DNA of 64,000 nucleotides. Source: an uncultured cyanobacterium (lineage in GTDB: Bacteria > Cyanobacteriota > Cyanobacteriia > Phormidesmidales > Phormidesmidaceae). A model generated the notes under the pieces. It was not told the origin of the DNA. It was given only the letters and a program-made list of their open reading frames with translations, and did no database searches. Numbering within the stretch: position 1 is the first letter of the stretch; the number at the start of each line of letters is the position of its first letter. The stretch is taken from the NCBI GenBank assembly GCA_963793265.1, contig CAWBZI010000001.1:64001-128000 (forward strand), given 5' to 3'. Below are positions 9,437-18,666 of the stretch, in pieces. A program made the position numbers and the translations under genes.

Positions 9437-11062
9437 CTAACGTCTAAAACTACCAACTTTTGCGCTGGGGAAAGTTGGTAGTTCAACAGAGGCCATTGAA
9501 CCAATTTTCTTTTGCGATCGCAAAGGCTTTACCACAGGCGAAACGCTCGAATCAGTCGTGCCCTCAGTCGCCGGTAAATAATCAGTCGGGACGCTCTGAG
9601 CAACGGCTGGCTGAGGCTCAACGTTTGTCAGCGGTTGGCCCCAGGGAGAAGGCTCGGTGAAGTCAACCTCTTTCTCTAGCCGCTGCCGGGTAGCGGCGGT
9701 AAAAGAAGCCTCAACCGCAGCGGGATCTATCTCTGGAATAGGTGCTTCGGCGGGATCTTCAGCAGGCAGCGCTGGCGCAAGGTCGGCGGCAGAGGGCATA
9801 TCGTCATCAAGCTCAATGCCTTCGGCAGGCGTGTTTTTAAGCTGAGTCTGCCAGTTCAGCTTAGGCGTTTTAGAAGACTCGAAGCCAGAGGGTTCAGTCA
9901 CCGCTGCTGCCGTCTCAATAGTAGGTTCAGTAGGCACTTCAGCAGGCTTATCTTCAGTTTTCTCAGCCGCAGAATCAGTCAGAGAATCAGCCGCAGGCTT
10001 AACCGCAGAGGCCGTATTCATCACGCGCTCTAAATCTTGCCAAAGTTCAGCTTCAGCCTCAGCAGGCGGACTAACAGCGGCTACTTCGGTTGCTTGAGCA
10101 GGCTCATCTCTAAAAGGCTCAGCTTTAGGACTGACATTTGCAGCCTCGCCGGACTTGCCGACATTGCGAATAAGCGTCTCTAAGTGAGGATCAATGCCCT
10201 GAAACGGTGAGGACTCAGCAGAGGCCCAGGGCATGATGCGCTGCACTTTGGGCATGACGACTGAGGCCGAATCTTTGAAGGGCACGGGGCGAGTCACTTC
10301 AGCTTTAACCGAGCGGGCGCTGACGGTGAGTGATTTTTCTAGGGCAGCTTTGAACTGTAGGGTGTAGCGCTGCTGACGTTGGAGGCGCGATCGCAAATCT
10401 CGGCTGCTGGTTTCTGCTTTTACGCGGGCCTTGGCCTCTTCGGCATGTTGCTGAGCGCTCAGCACGCACTCCCGCTCTAGCTGAGCAATCCGCTCCTGGC
10501 TATTGTCTAGCTCTGTCTGTAAGTTTTCATTGATTAAGCGCTGGCGGCTCAGGCCCTGTTCGGCTGTTTCTAGCTGAGTGACTATTTTGGCAACCTGCTG
10601 CTGCGCGTTTTGCGACACCTGCTGAGCCGAAGCGTGCTCCACAGATAGCTGCTGCTTCATCTTATTGCGCGCGGCACTGGCCTCATCTCTAGCCTTCTCT
10701 ATCTCAGCTTTAGCCGTCGCCTGGCTCTGTGCTAGCTCGCCTTCTAAGCTTGCTACTCGTGAGAGCAGCACATCATTACACTCATTGAGATCGTGAATTA
10801 GGGCAAGCAGCTCGTTCTCACGTGTAATCGTTTTTATCTCAACTGGCTCTGTAGCTGCTGGCTCTGTAGCTGCTGACTCTGCAACTGTTGGTTCTGCGGC
10901 TGGCGCATCAACTGCCTCCCACATGTCCACCGGCTCAGGGTCTAAAGGTGGCGCGCTTTGCTGAGCACTCCCCTCGCTCATCAACTGGCTAACGCCGTCC
11001 ATGGTCACCTGATTAACGGATTGATTATTTGGCTGAGAAGGGGAGGACTGATTTTCACTCAT
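9437..11062 (-). CDS. Hypothetical coiled-coil protein with a disordered acidic Pro/Ala-rich C-terminal half
   Basis: Long heptad-rich segment ending LRSRLQRQQRYTLQFKAALEKSL, C-terminal VELPTF; ATG 11062 preferred. Confidence 0.75.
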   Translation of the reverse strand: MSENQSSPSQPNNQSVNQVTMDGVSQLMSEGSAQQSAPPLDPEPVDMWEAVDAPAAEPTVAESAATEPAATEPVEIKTITRENELLALIHDLNECNDVLLSRVASLEGELAQSQATAKAEIEKARDEASAARNKMKQQLSVEHASAQQVSQNAQQQVAKIVTQLETAEQGLSRQRLINENLQTELDNSQERIAQLERECVLSAQQHAEEAKARVKAETSSRDLRSRLQRQQRYTLQFKAALEKSLTVSARSVKAEVTRPVPFKDSASVVMPKVQRIMPWASAESSPFQGIDPHLETLIRNVGKSGEAANVSPKAEPFRDEPAQATEVAAVSPPAEAEAELWQDLERVMNTASAVKPAADSLTDSAAEKTEDKPAEVPTEPTIETAAAVTEPSGFESSKTPKLNWQTQLKNTPAEGIELDDDMPSAADLAPALPAEDPAEAPIPEIDPAAVEASFTAATRQRLEKEVDFTEPSPWGQPLTNVEPQPAVAQSVPTDYLPATEGTTDSSVSPVVKPLRSQKKIGSMASVELPTFPSAKVGSFRR

Positions 11063-11437
11063 ATCAATAAGTCGCAGACACAGCTGTAAGAGGCGGAACT
11101 TCACAAGAGATAGCAAGATAGTTTAAAGGGTTCAACTCAAAGTTTAATGCAAGTGAATTAAGCTGGTGAACTAGCCAGGCATAAGGTTCGTCGTGATAGA
11201 CATTAGGGAACCCTGCAAAATCTCTCTCTAAAGTAGTAGCACAGAAAAACAAAATAACCCTAGCACTAAACAAAAAACCCCGATAAGTTCAGTACAAACC
11301 CTCATGACTCCTTCTATACAAAGAACAGAACATCCGGGTATTTACAACAATGTGTAACATTCAATACTCGTATTAGCAGATGATGGCTCAGTGGGAAAGC
11401 GTCTTATCACGGTGATTTGTCATGGCTGATGTCATAG

Positions 11438-12520
11438 CTAAAGGGAACTAGAAAATAAAGCTGATGCTAGTAGGTCTTTGTGCATAAAAGCGCGGTCTAC
11501 CTGCGACTGTATCTGATCCGGGTTAAGCGCTTCGCCGTTCACGTAAAAGTCTAGCCAGGTTTTGCAGATGGCCTGAGGGTCGGCGGGTAGCGGTGGTAAA
11601 GCGTCAGGCGTGGGAGAAAGATCCCATCCTGGTAAGTCCAAATCTTGAGCGAGGGCGTCTACTTTGGGGTCGTAGCTAATGGCAAAGCTGCGACAGCCTT
11701 CAGCCGCCGACATTACCAGCGCATGAAACCGCATTCCAATTGTCATTTCTACGCCGCGAAACAAGCCCTTTAGCTGTGATGGCTGGGTGAGCGCATAGAT
11801 ATGGTGAGGGCCACTTTGTTGCTCGGTAAGAACGCTGGCGATATATTGCGCGATCGCCATATCCTTCACGGGCTGAAACGGCACGAGCACCACACACACG
11901 CCCGTTGCTTTCTGAAAGTTCGCGATCGCCTGAGCCAAATTTTCTAACCGGCGATCGCTCAAATGCACATGTGGCCTCAGCGCCACGGCAACTCTAGGCG
12001 CGGGCAAATCCCACAGTCCTTTTACGGGCGAATGCTCTAGCCCCCACACCGGATCGGGCGCAAGCAAGCAGTCGCGCTGCCACTGGCCAAGGAGGGCTTC
12101 AGAATTGCGATCGCGCACGCTCACCCGGTCACACTTTGCCAGCGCCTTTCGCGTCAGCCACCGGCTAAATGGCTGATTCAAAGGCCCCACGCCCTGAGCC
12201 CACGCAATCGTTTTGAGCCCCATCATCTGCGCCAGCAGCATCAGCCCGCCGTAATACACCGGATTGAGCGCGCTACTGGCATCTTGCATCAGGCTACCGC
12301 CGCCCCAAATAAAGGCATCTGAGCTGCGGAGTGCAGCCATCACAGCGCTGAAAGATTTGCGGGGAACGGCCTCTACCTGATGGCGATCGCGCGTTTCTGA
12401 CGGATTACCCGAAAGCACCACGGGCGTCACCCTGGCAGGCAGCATTTGCAGCAGCGCAGCCAATAGCGCCTCATCGCCGCCGTTTCCCATCCCGTAGTAG
12501 CCACACAACACTGCTCGCAT
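11438..12520 (-). CDS. csaB: Polysaccharide pyruvyl transferase CsaB
   Basis: MRAVLCGYYGMGNGGDEALL, WGGGSLMQD, WAQGVGPL, GMRFHAL, ISYDPKV. Confidence 0.92.
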   Translation of the reverse strand: MRAVLCGYYGMGNGGDEALLAALLQMLPARVTPVVLSGNPSETRDRHQVEAVPRKSFSAVMAALRSSDAFIWGGGSLMQDASSALNPVYYGGLMLLAQMMGLKTIAWAQGVGPLNQPFSRWLTRKALAKCDRVSVRDRNSEALLGQWQRDCLLAPDPVWGLEHSPVKGLWDLPAPRVAVALRPHVHLSDRRLENLAQAIANFQKATGVCVVLVPFQPVKDMAIAQYIASVLTEQQSGPHHIYALTQPSQLKGLFRGVEMTIGMRFHALVMSAAEGCRSFAISYDPKVDALAQDLDLPGWDLSPTPDALPPLPADPQAICKTWLDFYVNGEALNPDQIQSQVDRAFMHKDLLASALFSSSL

Positions 12521-12624
12521 AAGTTTTGCCTTATTTCTGGCTTATTTTTTGGGCCGTCTCAATCGGCCTTGCCCCATGAATCCTTAGAATACAGAAGAAG
12601 GAACCCCTAAAAAGTATCTCGCCT

Positions 12625-12972
12625 ATGCACGCGCTCTCAATTCCAACCTGGATGGTTCACGTTTCTAGCGTGATCGAATGGATTGCCGCCATTTGGTTTG
12701 TTTGGCAATATGCCGAAGCCAGCGATCGCCTGGCCTGGCGTGCCCTCTCGTTTGGCATGTTGCCCGCCCTCATCAGCGCCATGTGTGCCTGCACCTGGCA
12801 CTTTTTTGACAACGCCGCAGCTTTAGACTGGCTCGTGGTGCTGCAAGCAGGCATGACCGTGGTCGGCAACTGTACGGTTTGTTTAGCGGCCTGGTGGATT
12901 TGGAAGCAGTCTAAAGTGCAGCCGGTTGGTGATATTAAAACTGGTGACATTAAAGAGGGTATTGAGGCATGA
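12625..12972 (+). CDS. ycf49: Ycf49 / DUF2499 family membrane protein
   Basis: MHALSIPTWMVHVSSVIEW, SAMCACTWHFFDN. Confidence 0.88.
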   Translation: MHALSIPTWMVHVSSVIEWIAAIWFVWQYAEASDRLAWRALSFGMLPALISAMCACTWHFFDNAAALDWLVVLQAGMTVVGNCTVCLAAWWIWKQSKVQPVGDIKTGDIKEGIEA

Positions 12973-13283
12973 ACAAAGAATCTCTCTTTGCGATATCGCT
13001 ATTTCCCTACCTAGGATTTTTGTGGTTTCTCACAAAGTCCAATCAAACGCCCCGACTGGCGCTAATTGGGTTTTATGTGCTGCTCATCTTTGTTGCAGTC
13101 ACGATTCCAGCAGGCATTTATGCCAAGCAAGCCTACGGCACAGAGCTGGCAAATGTCGATTGGCTACACGGCAGCGCCGAATTGTTTTTGACGATCTCCA
13201 ACATATTGGTGGTTTTGGGCTTTCGGCAGGCGGCGATCAAATTTCGATCGGCCAAATTAGCCGTTAAGACTGGTGCAGAATGA
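12969..13283 (+). CDS. DUF3593 family membrane protein
   Basis: LFAISLFPYLGFLWFL, LANVDWLHGSAE; ATGA overlap with ycf49. Confidence 0.85.
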   Translation: MNKESLFAISLFPYLGFLWFLTKSNQTPRLALIGFYVLLIFVAVTIPAGIYAKQAYGTELANVDWLHGSAELFLTISNILVVLGFRQAAIKFRSAKLAVKTGAE

Positions 13284-13695
13284 GCCGATTGCCATCGGGG
13301 TCGTAGGCGTATATTTCCTGACCGTGGGAGGTGTGCATGATGTCGCCGGGTGGTGGGTAGCCGAGGGTGGTGAGGTGTGCGATCGCCCCCACCAAATCCC
13401 TTACTTCCAAACACAAGCTCATCGCTCCGCTAGTATCAGCAGCAAATTCAACCGCGTGGTTTGCCTTTGGCGTAAAGATAGCCAGTCGTAACCCTGCCAG
13501 CCTAAATTCGGCATACGCTGGCGTATTCAGCTTTGGCTCGGCCTTCAGAAGCTCGCGGTAGAAAGCAACTTGACACTCTATCTGGGTGCTAGCAAATGCG
13601 ATAAAGGCTTCGCTATAGAAGGTACTGTTCGCTGTCTTCTCAATTCTTTCCAAAGGCTTACCTGACAAGTTGTATTTGACAAAAGCTACATTCAT
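13264..13695 (-). CDS. VOC/glyoxalase family protein
   Basis: FYRELL, SLCLEVRDL, SHGQEIYAYDPDGNRLILHQ. Confidence 0.82.
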   Translation of the reverse strand: MNVAFVKYNLSGKPLERIEKTANSTFYSEAFIAFASTQIECQVAFYRELLKAEPKLNTPAYAEFRLAGLRLAIFTPKANHAVEFAADTSGAMSLCLEVRDLVGAIAHLTTLGYPPPGDIMHTSHGQEIYAYDPDGNRLILHQS

Positions 13696-13746
13696 TGTGC
13701 TCCTCTGTTGGAGGATGAGACATAAGGTGTGCCGAAGGCAGGCAGT

Positions 13747-14127
13747 TCATATCGCTGCCTCTGCCTCTTTTATCACTCGCACTACGTCTGGTTTATCACT
13801 TACAACGACAGACTCTGGAAGATGCTTGTGATGAGGACAGGTAGGTAAGTCTGGGAAATGGGGAGTGCTGTCATAGCGAAAAAGTAAGCTATTTTGGCTG
13901 TCTTGGCAGTGATAGCGATAGTCGAGCGAAACTAGCTGATCATTTTTAACCTGAACTGCTTCATTAACCGCTAATAGGTGGCCTTGGCTAAAGCGAATGC
14001 GAATACGTAAGTTAACGCGCTCTGGAGTCAGAACCTCTTCGACATAGCGTTCTACGTAAGCGGATTTACACTGGGTAACCGCTTGCTCTACCCGATTCAA
14101 ATAATCAGACAGGCGCTTATGCAGCAT
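13747..14127 (-). CDS. DUF6516/TumE-like putative toxin
   Basis: YRYHCQD...FRYDSTPHFPDLPTCPHHKH motif; ATG 14127 overlaps the upstream gene's stop. Confidence 0.75.
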   Translation of the reverse strand: MLHKRLSDYLNRVEQAVTQCKSAYVERYVEEVLTPERVNLRIRIRFSQGHLLAVNEAVQVKNDQLVSLDYRYHCQDSQNSLLFRYDSTPHFPDLPTCPHHKHLPESVVVSDKPDVVRVIKEAEAAI

Positions 14128-14347
14128 ATTGCAGCTTTTTTTCCAACACGCTACGAATTTCAAGATAGTGCTGATAGTCGTTAGCCCACTCAATAAAGAC
14201 AATATCGTCAGAGATCAGACCGTCTTTGTATTGGTCAAAGAAATCCTCTGAGTTAAGACCCTGCTGGTTTTCGTAAATGCTTAGCCGCTTTGTGACAGCC
14301 ACTAGAGCGTCAATGGGAGTCGTATGTTGTATGACTTGCTTTTTCAT
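14117..14347 (-). CDS. TumA-like putative antitoxin
   Basis: 76 aa, YENQQGLNSEDFFDQY...DDIVFIEWANDYQHYL; 11-bp overlap with the toxin gene. Confidence 0.7.
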   Translation of the reverse strand: MKKQVIQHTTPIDALVAVTKRLSIYENQQGLNSEDFFDQYKDGLISDDIVFIEWANDYQHYLEIRSVLEKKLQYAA

Positions 14348-14351
14348 GGGG

Positions 14352-14405
14352 ATCTCTTAACTAGCTCTATATACAGCTAAACGCTAAGAGATAATAATAG
14401 AGCTA
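14352..14405. promoter_or_regulatory. Interleaved inverted repeats upstream of the TA pair (candidate operator)
   Basis: ATCTCTTA(14352-59)/TAAGAGAT(14385-92) and TAGCTCTAT(14362-70)/ATAGAGCTA(14397-405). Confidence 0.4.
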
Positions 14406-14548
14406 AAGACTATCCGTAAGGTAGGCGAAAATCCGTTGCGGCTCACGCTAGCTTATAGGCGAATCCGTAGAAGACGCTAATAGCCTGCGATTAACCTGTA
14501 GGTCGCGGTCTGCGCTAACGGATGTGACGTTTTGCGAGGAAAGCACCT

Positions 14549-15655
14549 GTGGTTGTAACATCTACGCAGCCTGGAACCAGCCAGTCTGAAGCCAATAAAT
14601 CTATTGCCGACTGGCTAGGCGATGAGGCCGATAGCCTACTTAATTACAAGGCCAAGGTCGATAAGGGTCAGCTACACCTGCCGGGCTCAGATTGGGTAGA
14701 CCGCATCTTTTCACAAACTGACCGCTCGCCTCAGGTACTCCGCAGCCTGCAACAGCTCTACAGCACAGGTCGCTTAGCTAACACAGGCTACCTCTCTATT
14801 CTGCCAGTAGACCAGGGCATAGAGCACTCCGCCGCCGCCTCTTTTGCACCCAACCCCATCTACTTCGACCCCGAAAATATTGTTAATTTAGCCATATCAG
14901 GCGGCTGTAACGCAGTAGCGACCACGCTCGGCGTGTTGGGCATGACCTCTCGTAAATACGCCCACAAAATCCCTTTTATCGTCAAGCTTAACCACAACGA
15001 ACTGCTGAGCTACCCCAAAGAATACGACCAAACCATGTTCGCCTCAGTTGATCAGGCATGGAACTTAGGCGCAGTTGCCGTGGGCGCAACTATCTACTTT
15101 GGCTCAACTGAATCCACTCGCCAAATCCAAGAAGTCAGCAAGGCGTTTGCGCGCGCTCACGAACTGGGTATGGCGACTATTTTGTGGTGCTATCTGCGCA
15201 ACGACGTATTCAAGCAAGACAAAGACTACCACCTATCTGCCGACCTTACCGGACAGGCAAATCATCTTGGCGTAACAATCCAGGCCGACATCATTAAGCA
15301 AAAACTACCCGAAAATAACGGCGGCTACAAAGCAGTTGCAGACGCCACTGGAAAGTCTTATGGGAGAACCGATGATTTGGTTTATTCCGAACTCACCAGC
15401 GATCATCCGATTGATTTAACACGCTATCAGGTGTTGAACTGTTATGCGGGCAGAGCGGGGCTGATCAACTCTGGCGGTTCGTCAGGAAAGAATGACTTTG
15501 CCCAAGCGATTCGGACGGCTGTAATTAACAAAAGAGCGGGCGGCTGTGGTTTGATTTCAGGTCGCAAAACATTCCAAAGAGACTTCAAGGAAGGTGTAAA
15601 GCTGTTCCATCTCATTCAAGACGTTTATCTCTCTGACGAAATTTCAATCGCATAG
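14549..15655 (+). CDS. fbaB: Class I fructose-bisphosphate aldolase (DhnA/FbaB)
   Basis: [52 protein letters not shown]. Confidence 0.95.
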   Translation: MVVTSTQPGTSQSEANKSIADWLGDEADSLLNYKAKVDKGQLHLPGSDWVDRIFSQTDRSPQVLRSLQQLYSTGRLANTGYLSILPVDQGIEHSAAASFAPNPIYFDPENIVNLAISGGCNAVATTLGVLGMTSRKYAHKIPFIVKLNHNELLSYPKEYDQTMFASVDQAWNLGAVAVGATIYFGSTESTRQIQEVSKAFARAHELGMATILWCYLRNDVFKQDKDYHLSADLTGQANHLGVTIQADIIKQKLPENNGGYKAVADATGKSYGRTDDLVYSELTSDHPIDLTRYQVLNCYAGRAGLINSGGSSGKNDFAQAIRTAVINKRAGGCGLISGRKTFQRDFKEGVKLFHLIQDVYLSDEISIA

Positions 15656-15664
15656 TAAGACAAC

Positions 15665-15708
15665 CCCCTACGATGCAATTATCGTAGGGGCGTAAGGCTT
15701 TACGCCCT
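15665..15708. repeat. GTAG-type REP-like palindromes; possible bidirectional terminator
   Basis: CCCCTACGAT/ATCGTAGGGG 10-bp IR overlapping a GGGCGTAA/TTACGCCC IR, between convergent genes. Confidence 0.6.
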
Positions 15709-15739
15709 CCGGCACAACAATCTTCAGGCTCCCCAACCC

Positions 15740-16138
15740 TTACTCAGATTTATCCATATTCACTAGCTCTTCTTTTGAAAAGTCCTTGCCTATCTGCTCA
15801 GGCAGCACCTCATTAAGCGGGCCTTCTCGCTCATACGAGTTCTCAGCAGTCGGCTTACTCTCTGGGTTATTCACATTGTTCGCAGTGGCATCTTCTACAA
15901 TGTCGCGGATGCCTTCACCATAGTGCTCAATTGTTTTTTCCTTACGCGCTTCGTCCATCTCATAGTCAATATCGTAAGCAACAATCGCTGAAGCTTCGGG
16001 ACTATAAGAAGGCATCTCAGCAGGCGAAAGCACGAGCACAGACAGCATTAAAAGCGCTGCGGCTGTAGTGCAAAGCCATTTGGCACGGCTTAGTGTTGCA
16101 AGCACGCTTGAAAGAGTGTTGATTAGCGGCAAAATCAT
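15740..16138 (-). CDS. Hypothetical protein with an N-terminal signal/TM segment and an acidic C-terminus
   Basis: 132-aa ORF with hydrophobic stretch WLCTTAAALLMLSVLVL. Confidence 0.6.
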   Translation of the reverse strand: MILPLINTLSSVLATLSRAKWLCTTAAALLMLSVLVLSPAEMPSYSPEASAIVAYDIDYEMDEARKEKTIEHYGEGIRDIVEDATANNVNNPESKPTAENSYEREGPLNEVLPEQIGKDFSKEELVNMDKSE

Positions 16139-16217
16139 GGGCGATCGCTCAAAAAAACAATTAACCCTCTCATCCTGACCGCCCCCGGCCTATTTTCCCT
16201 CTATCCAAATATCGAAG

Positions 16218-16640
16218 TTACGTTGTCGATTCACTAGATGAAGACCCGTATGGTTTTGCGCACCATGCGGCCCAGGCGATGAGTACAAACTGAAACGGCA
16301 GACGAAAGCCGTGCAGCCACCAGCTATCAGGAATGCCCGTGAGCTTGATGTGATTGAACGCCATGTTGAGATTAGCAGGATAAACGGCGATGAATAAGGC
16401 CACCAAGCCCCAGGCGGAGATCCAACGGGTTGCGGGGAAGAACAGCCCTATGCCGAGCAAGATTTCAAAGACGCCGCTGATGTAGACTAGCGCGGCGGGA
16501 TATGGGAGAAAGCCGGGTACGATTTTGATAAAAGGCGTAGGTATGGCGAAGTGTAGGAAGCCTGCGATGATCATTAAAACGGCTAGCAGGTTGCGCAGCG
16601 TTGTTTTGTTTTGCTGAAGAATTCTCTTGATTGTGTCCAT
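16218..16640 (-). CDS. DoxX family membrane protein
   Basis: AGFLHF, LVYISGVFEILLG, LFIAVYPANLNMA, RLPFQ. Confidence 0.85.
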   Translation of the reverse strand: MDTIKRILQQNKTTLRNLLAVLMIIAGFLHFAIPTPFIKIVPGFLPYPAALVYISGVFEILLGIGLFFPATRWISAWGLVALFIAVYPANLNMAFNHIKLTGIPDSWWLHGFRLPFQFVLIAWAAWCAKPYGSSSSESTT

Positions 16641-16723
16641 GACTGTGCGTAAAGTCTAATAACTGTATGTGTAGCAGACTTGGTGAGCGTTTATCTTCTC
16701 TCTGAAGGGTTAGCGCGGCACAT

Positions 16724-16773
16724 CGAACCCGCCCCGCCCTAGTCAGATGGCGCGCAGCGACGGGGTGGGTTCG
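16724..16773. terminator. Strong hairpin downstream of the small ORF
   Basis: CGAACCCGCCCCG / CGGGGTGGGTTCG, 13-bp stem with one non-Watson-Crick position. Confidence 0.45.
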
Positions 16774-16803
16774 GCAACCCTAACGGACAGCCAGCGCTAC
16801 CAC

Positions 16804-17067
16804 TTAATGCTCCTTCTGCACACGCTTAATCAAGATACAGGTCACCTCATCAGCCTTACCCGTAGCAAGCGGCCTGCTCCAATCATTAACTTCGGCGTAG
16901 CCTAGCTGATGCAACTGTCGAATAGTCGTTTTCACCGCTGTAGGCGCACCCGTCAGCATATGCCGAATGCGGTTCGGGTCGTCCTTCTGCGGCGTAGTTG
17001 GCGGCTCGTAGCCATTGGCAAATGAAGCTTTGGGCGTGGGTTCGCCCTGGCTAGCTATTGTAAACAT
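16804..17067 (-). CDS. Small hypothetical protein (87 aa)
   Basis: ATG 17067 has an AGGAG RBS. The core IRHMLTGAPTAVKTTIRQLHQLGYAEVNDWS...EVTCIL resembles a cyanobacterial hypothetical family I recall (unverified). Confidence 0.7.
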   Translation of the reverse strand: MFTIASQGEPTPKASFANGYEPPTTPQKDDPNRIRHMLTGAPTAVKTTIRQLHQLGYAEVNDWSRPLATGKADEVTCILIKRVQKEH

Positions 17068-17123
17068 GAGATTCTGATCTCCTACGTTTGTTGTTTTGAG
17101 GAAACCAGAACCCAACAGAGCAG

Positions 17124-17253
17124 AGCCACCCCGCAACTTGGATGCAAATCGGGGTGGCTAAAGGATACAGTGTATCCTAAGCCGCCAGACTGCTGTAATC
17201 AGTGTGGGGGTGAGCCCTCGGTTTGGTGCTGGTTACACCTGCCGAGGGTGCTC
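17124..17253. ncRNA. Putative structured RNA element(s) flanking a central palindrome
   Basis: 10-bp IR at 17124-33/17150-59; palindrome AGGATACA-G-TGTATCCT at 17162-78; hairpins ACTG-CTGTAAT-CAGT and CCCTCGG...GGTG-CTGGTTA-CACC...CCGAGGG. Confidence 0.45.
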
Positions 17254-17493
17254 GACAAAATTGAGTTCTGATGAAACGGGCGTGATAGGCATCACAGCCT
17301 TAGTACTGACCATAGGCTGATTTTCTTTTGCAGTCAAGCTGATTTCACGACAAAAGCAGCTTAATGGAACCTAAAAATATCCGAAAAATTTGACCTAATT
17401 GACTCAGATAGTGACCCTGAAACCTCAAAATCGATCTACGGTATTGTACTAACCTATTTTTTGCGTGCAGGTGATAGGTACCTGCCGAAGCCC

Positions 17494-18666
17494 ATGAAGC
17501 TCGCCTCCCGCATCCGTCAAGTAACGCCCTCTATGACACTGGCCATTTCGGCTAAGGCCAAGGCGATGAAAAAAGACGGACTAGATGTCTGTAGCTTCAG
17601 TGCAGGCGAGCCCGATTTTGATACGCCAAAGTACATTTGCGAAGCAGCTAAAAAGGCAATTGATGAGGGTAAGACACGCTACGGCCCAGCGGCGGGGGAG
17701 CCTGCTTTGAGAGATGCGATCGCTCAAAAGCTCCAATCCGACAACCACCTCAGCTACCGCCGTGAGAACATCATGGTCACCAACGGCGGCAAGCACTCCC
17801 TTTACAACCTGATCATGGCGATGATTGAGCCGGGCGATGAGGTGATTATCCCTGCGCCCTACTGGGTGAGCTATCCCGAAATGGTTAAGCTGGCAGGCGG
17901 GGTTCCTGTCATCGTGACGGCCACCGCTGAGACTAATTACAAGGTGACTGCCGCCCAGCTAAAGGCTGCGATTACGCCGAAGACGCGGTTGTTCATTCTC
18001 AATTCACCAAGCAACCCAACGGGAATGGTGTATACCCGCAATGAGATTCAGGCGCTAGCAGAGGTGATTGTTGAAGCGGATATTTGGGTGGTGTCGGACG
18101 AAATTTACGAGAAAATTCTTTACAACGGCGCTGAACATGTCAGCATCGGCTCTATTAATTCAGAGATATTTAAGCGCACCATCGTTAGCAATGGATTTGC
18201 CAAGGGCTATGCGATGACGGGCTGGCGGCTGGGCTATTTGGCAGGGCCTGCTGATCTGATCAAAGGGGCTAATACGCTGCAAAGTCATAGCACTTCAAAC
18301 GTGTGTACGTTTGCGCAGTATGGGGCGATCGCTGCGCTTACCGAACCCTCAGAGAGTATGCAAGTTATGCTCAGCGCTTTCACCAAACGGCGCTTAGCCA
18401 TCATGGATAGAGTGGCCAATATTCCAGGGCTGAGCTACGTAGAACCTAACGGCGCGTTCTACTTGTTTGTAGACATGAGCCAAACAGGTTTGGGCTCTGA
18501 AGAATTCTGTCAGAAGCTGCTGGAAGAGAAGCATGTGGCCGCTATTCCCGGTGTGGCGTTTGGCGCAGAAGGCACAATTCGTATCTCCTACGCCACCGAT
18601 TTAGACACCATCGAGCGCGGCATGGATCGGATCGACGGATTCGTTCGTGCTTACGGGGCTTCGTAG
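17494..18666 (+). CDS. aspC: Aspartate aminotransferase (PLP class I/II)
   Basis: [45 protein letters not shown] 17494 preferred. Confidence 0.92.
   Translation: MKLASRIRQVTPSMTLAISAKAKAMKKDGLDVCSFSAGEPDFDTPKYICEAAKKAIDEGKTRYGPAAGEPALRDAIAQKLQSDNHLSYRRENIMVTNGGKHSLYNLIMAMIEPGDEVIIPAPYWVSYPEMVKLAGGVPVIVTATAETNYKVTAAQLKAAITPKTRLFILNSPSNPTGMVYTRNEIQALAEVIVEADIWVVSDEIYEKILYNGAEHVSIGSINSEIFKRTIVSNGFAKGYAMTGWRLGYLAGPADLIKGANTLQSHSTSNVCTFAQYGAIAALTEPSESMQVMLSAFTKRRLAIMDRVANIPGLSYVEPNGAFYLFVDMSQTGLGSEEFCQKLLEEKHVAAIPGVAFGAEGTIRISYATDLDTIERGMDRIDGFVRAYGAS

Noticed and set aside
17179..17253. Possible tRNA (anticodon-like loops CTGTAAT and CTGGTTA)
   Set aside because: No acceptor stem, D arm or GTTCRA T-loop; kept only as an unnamed structured element.
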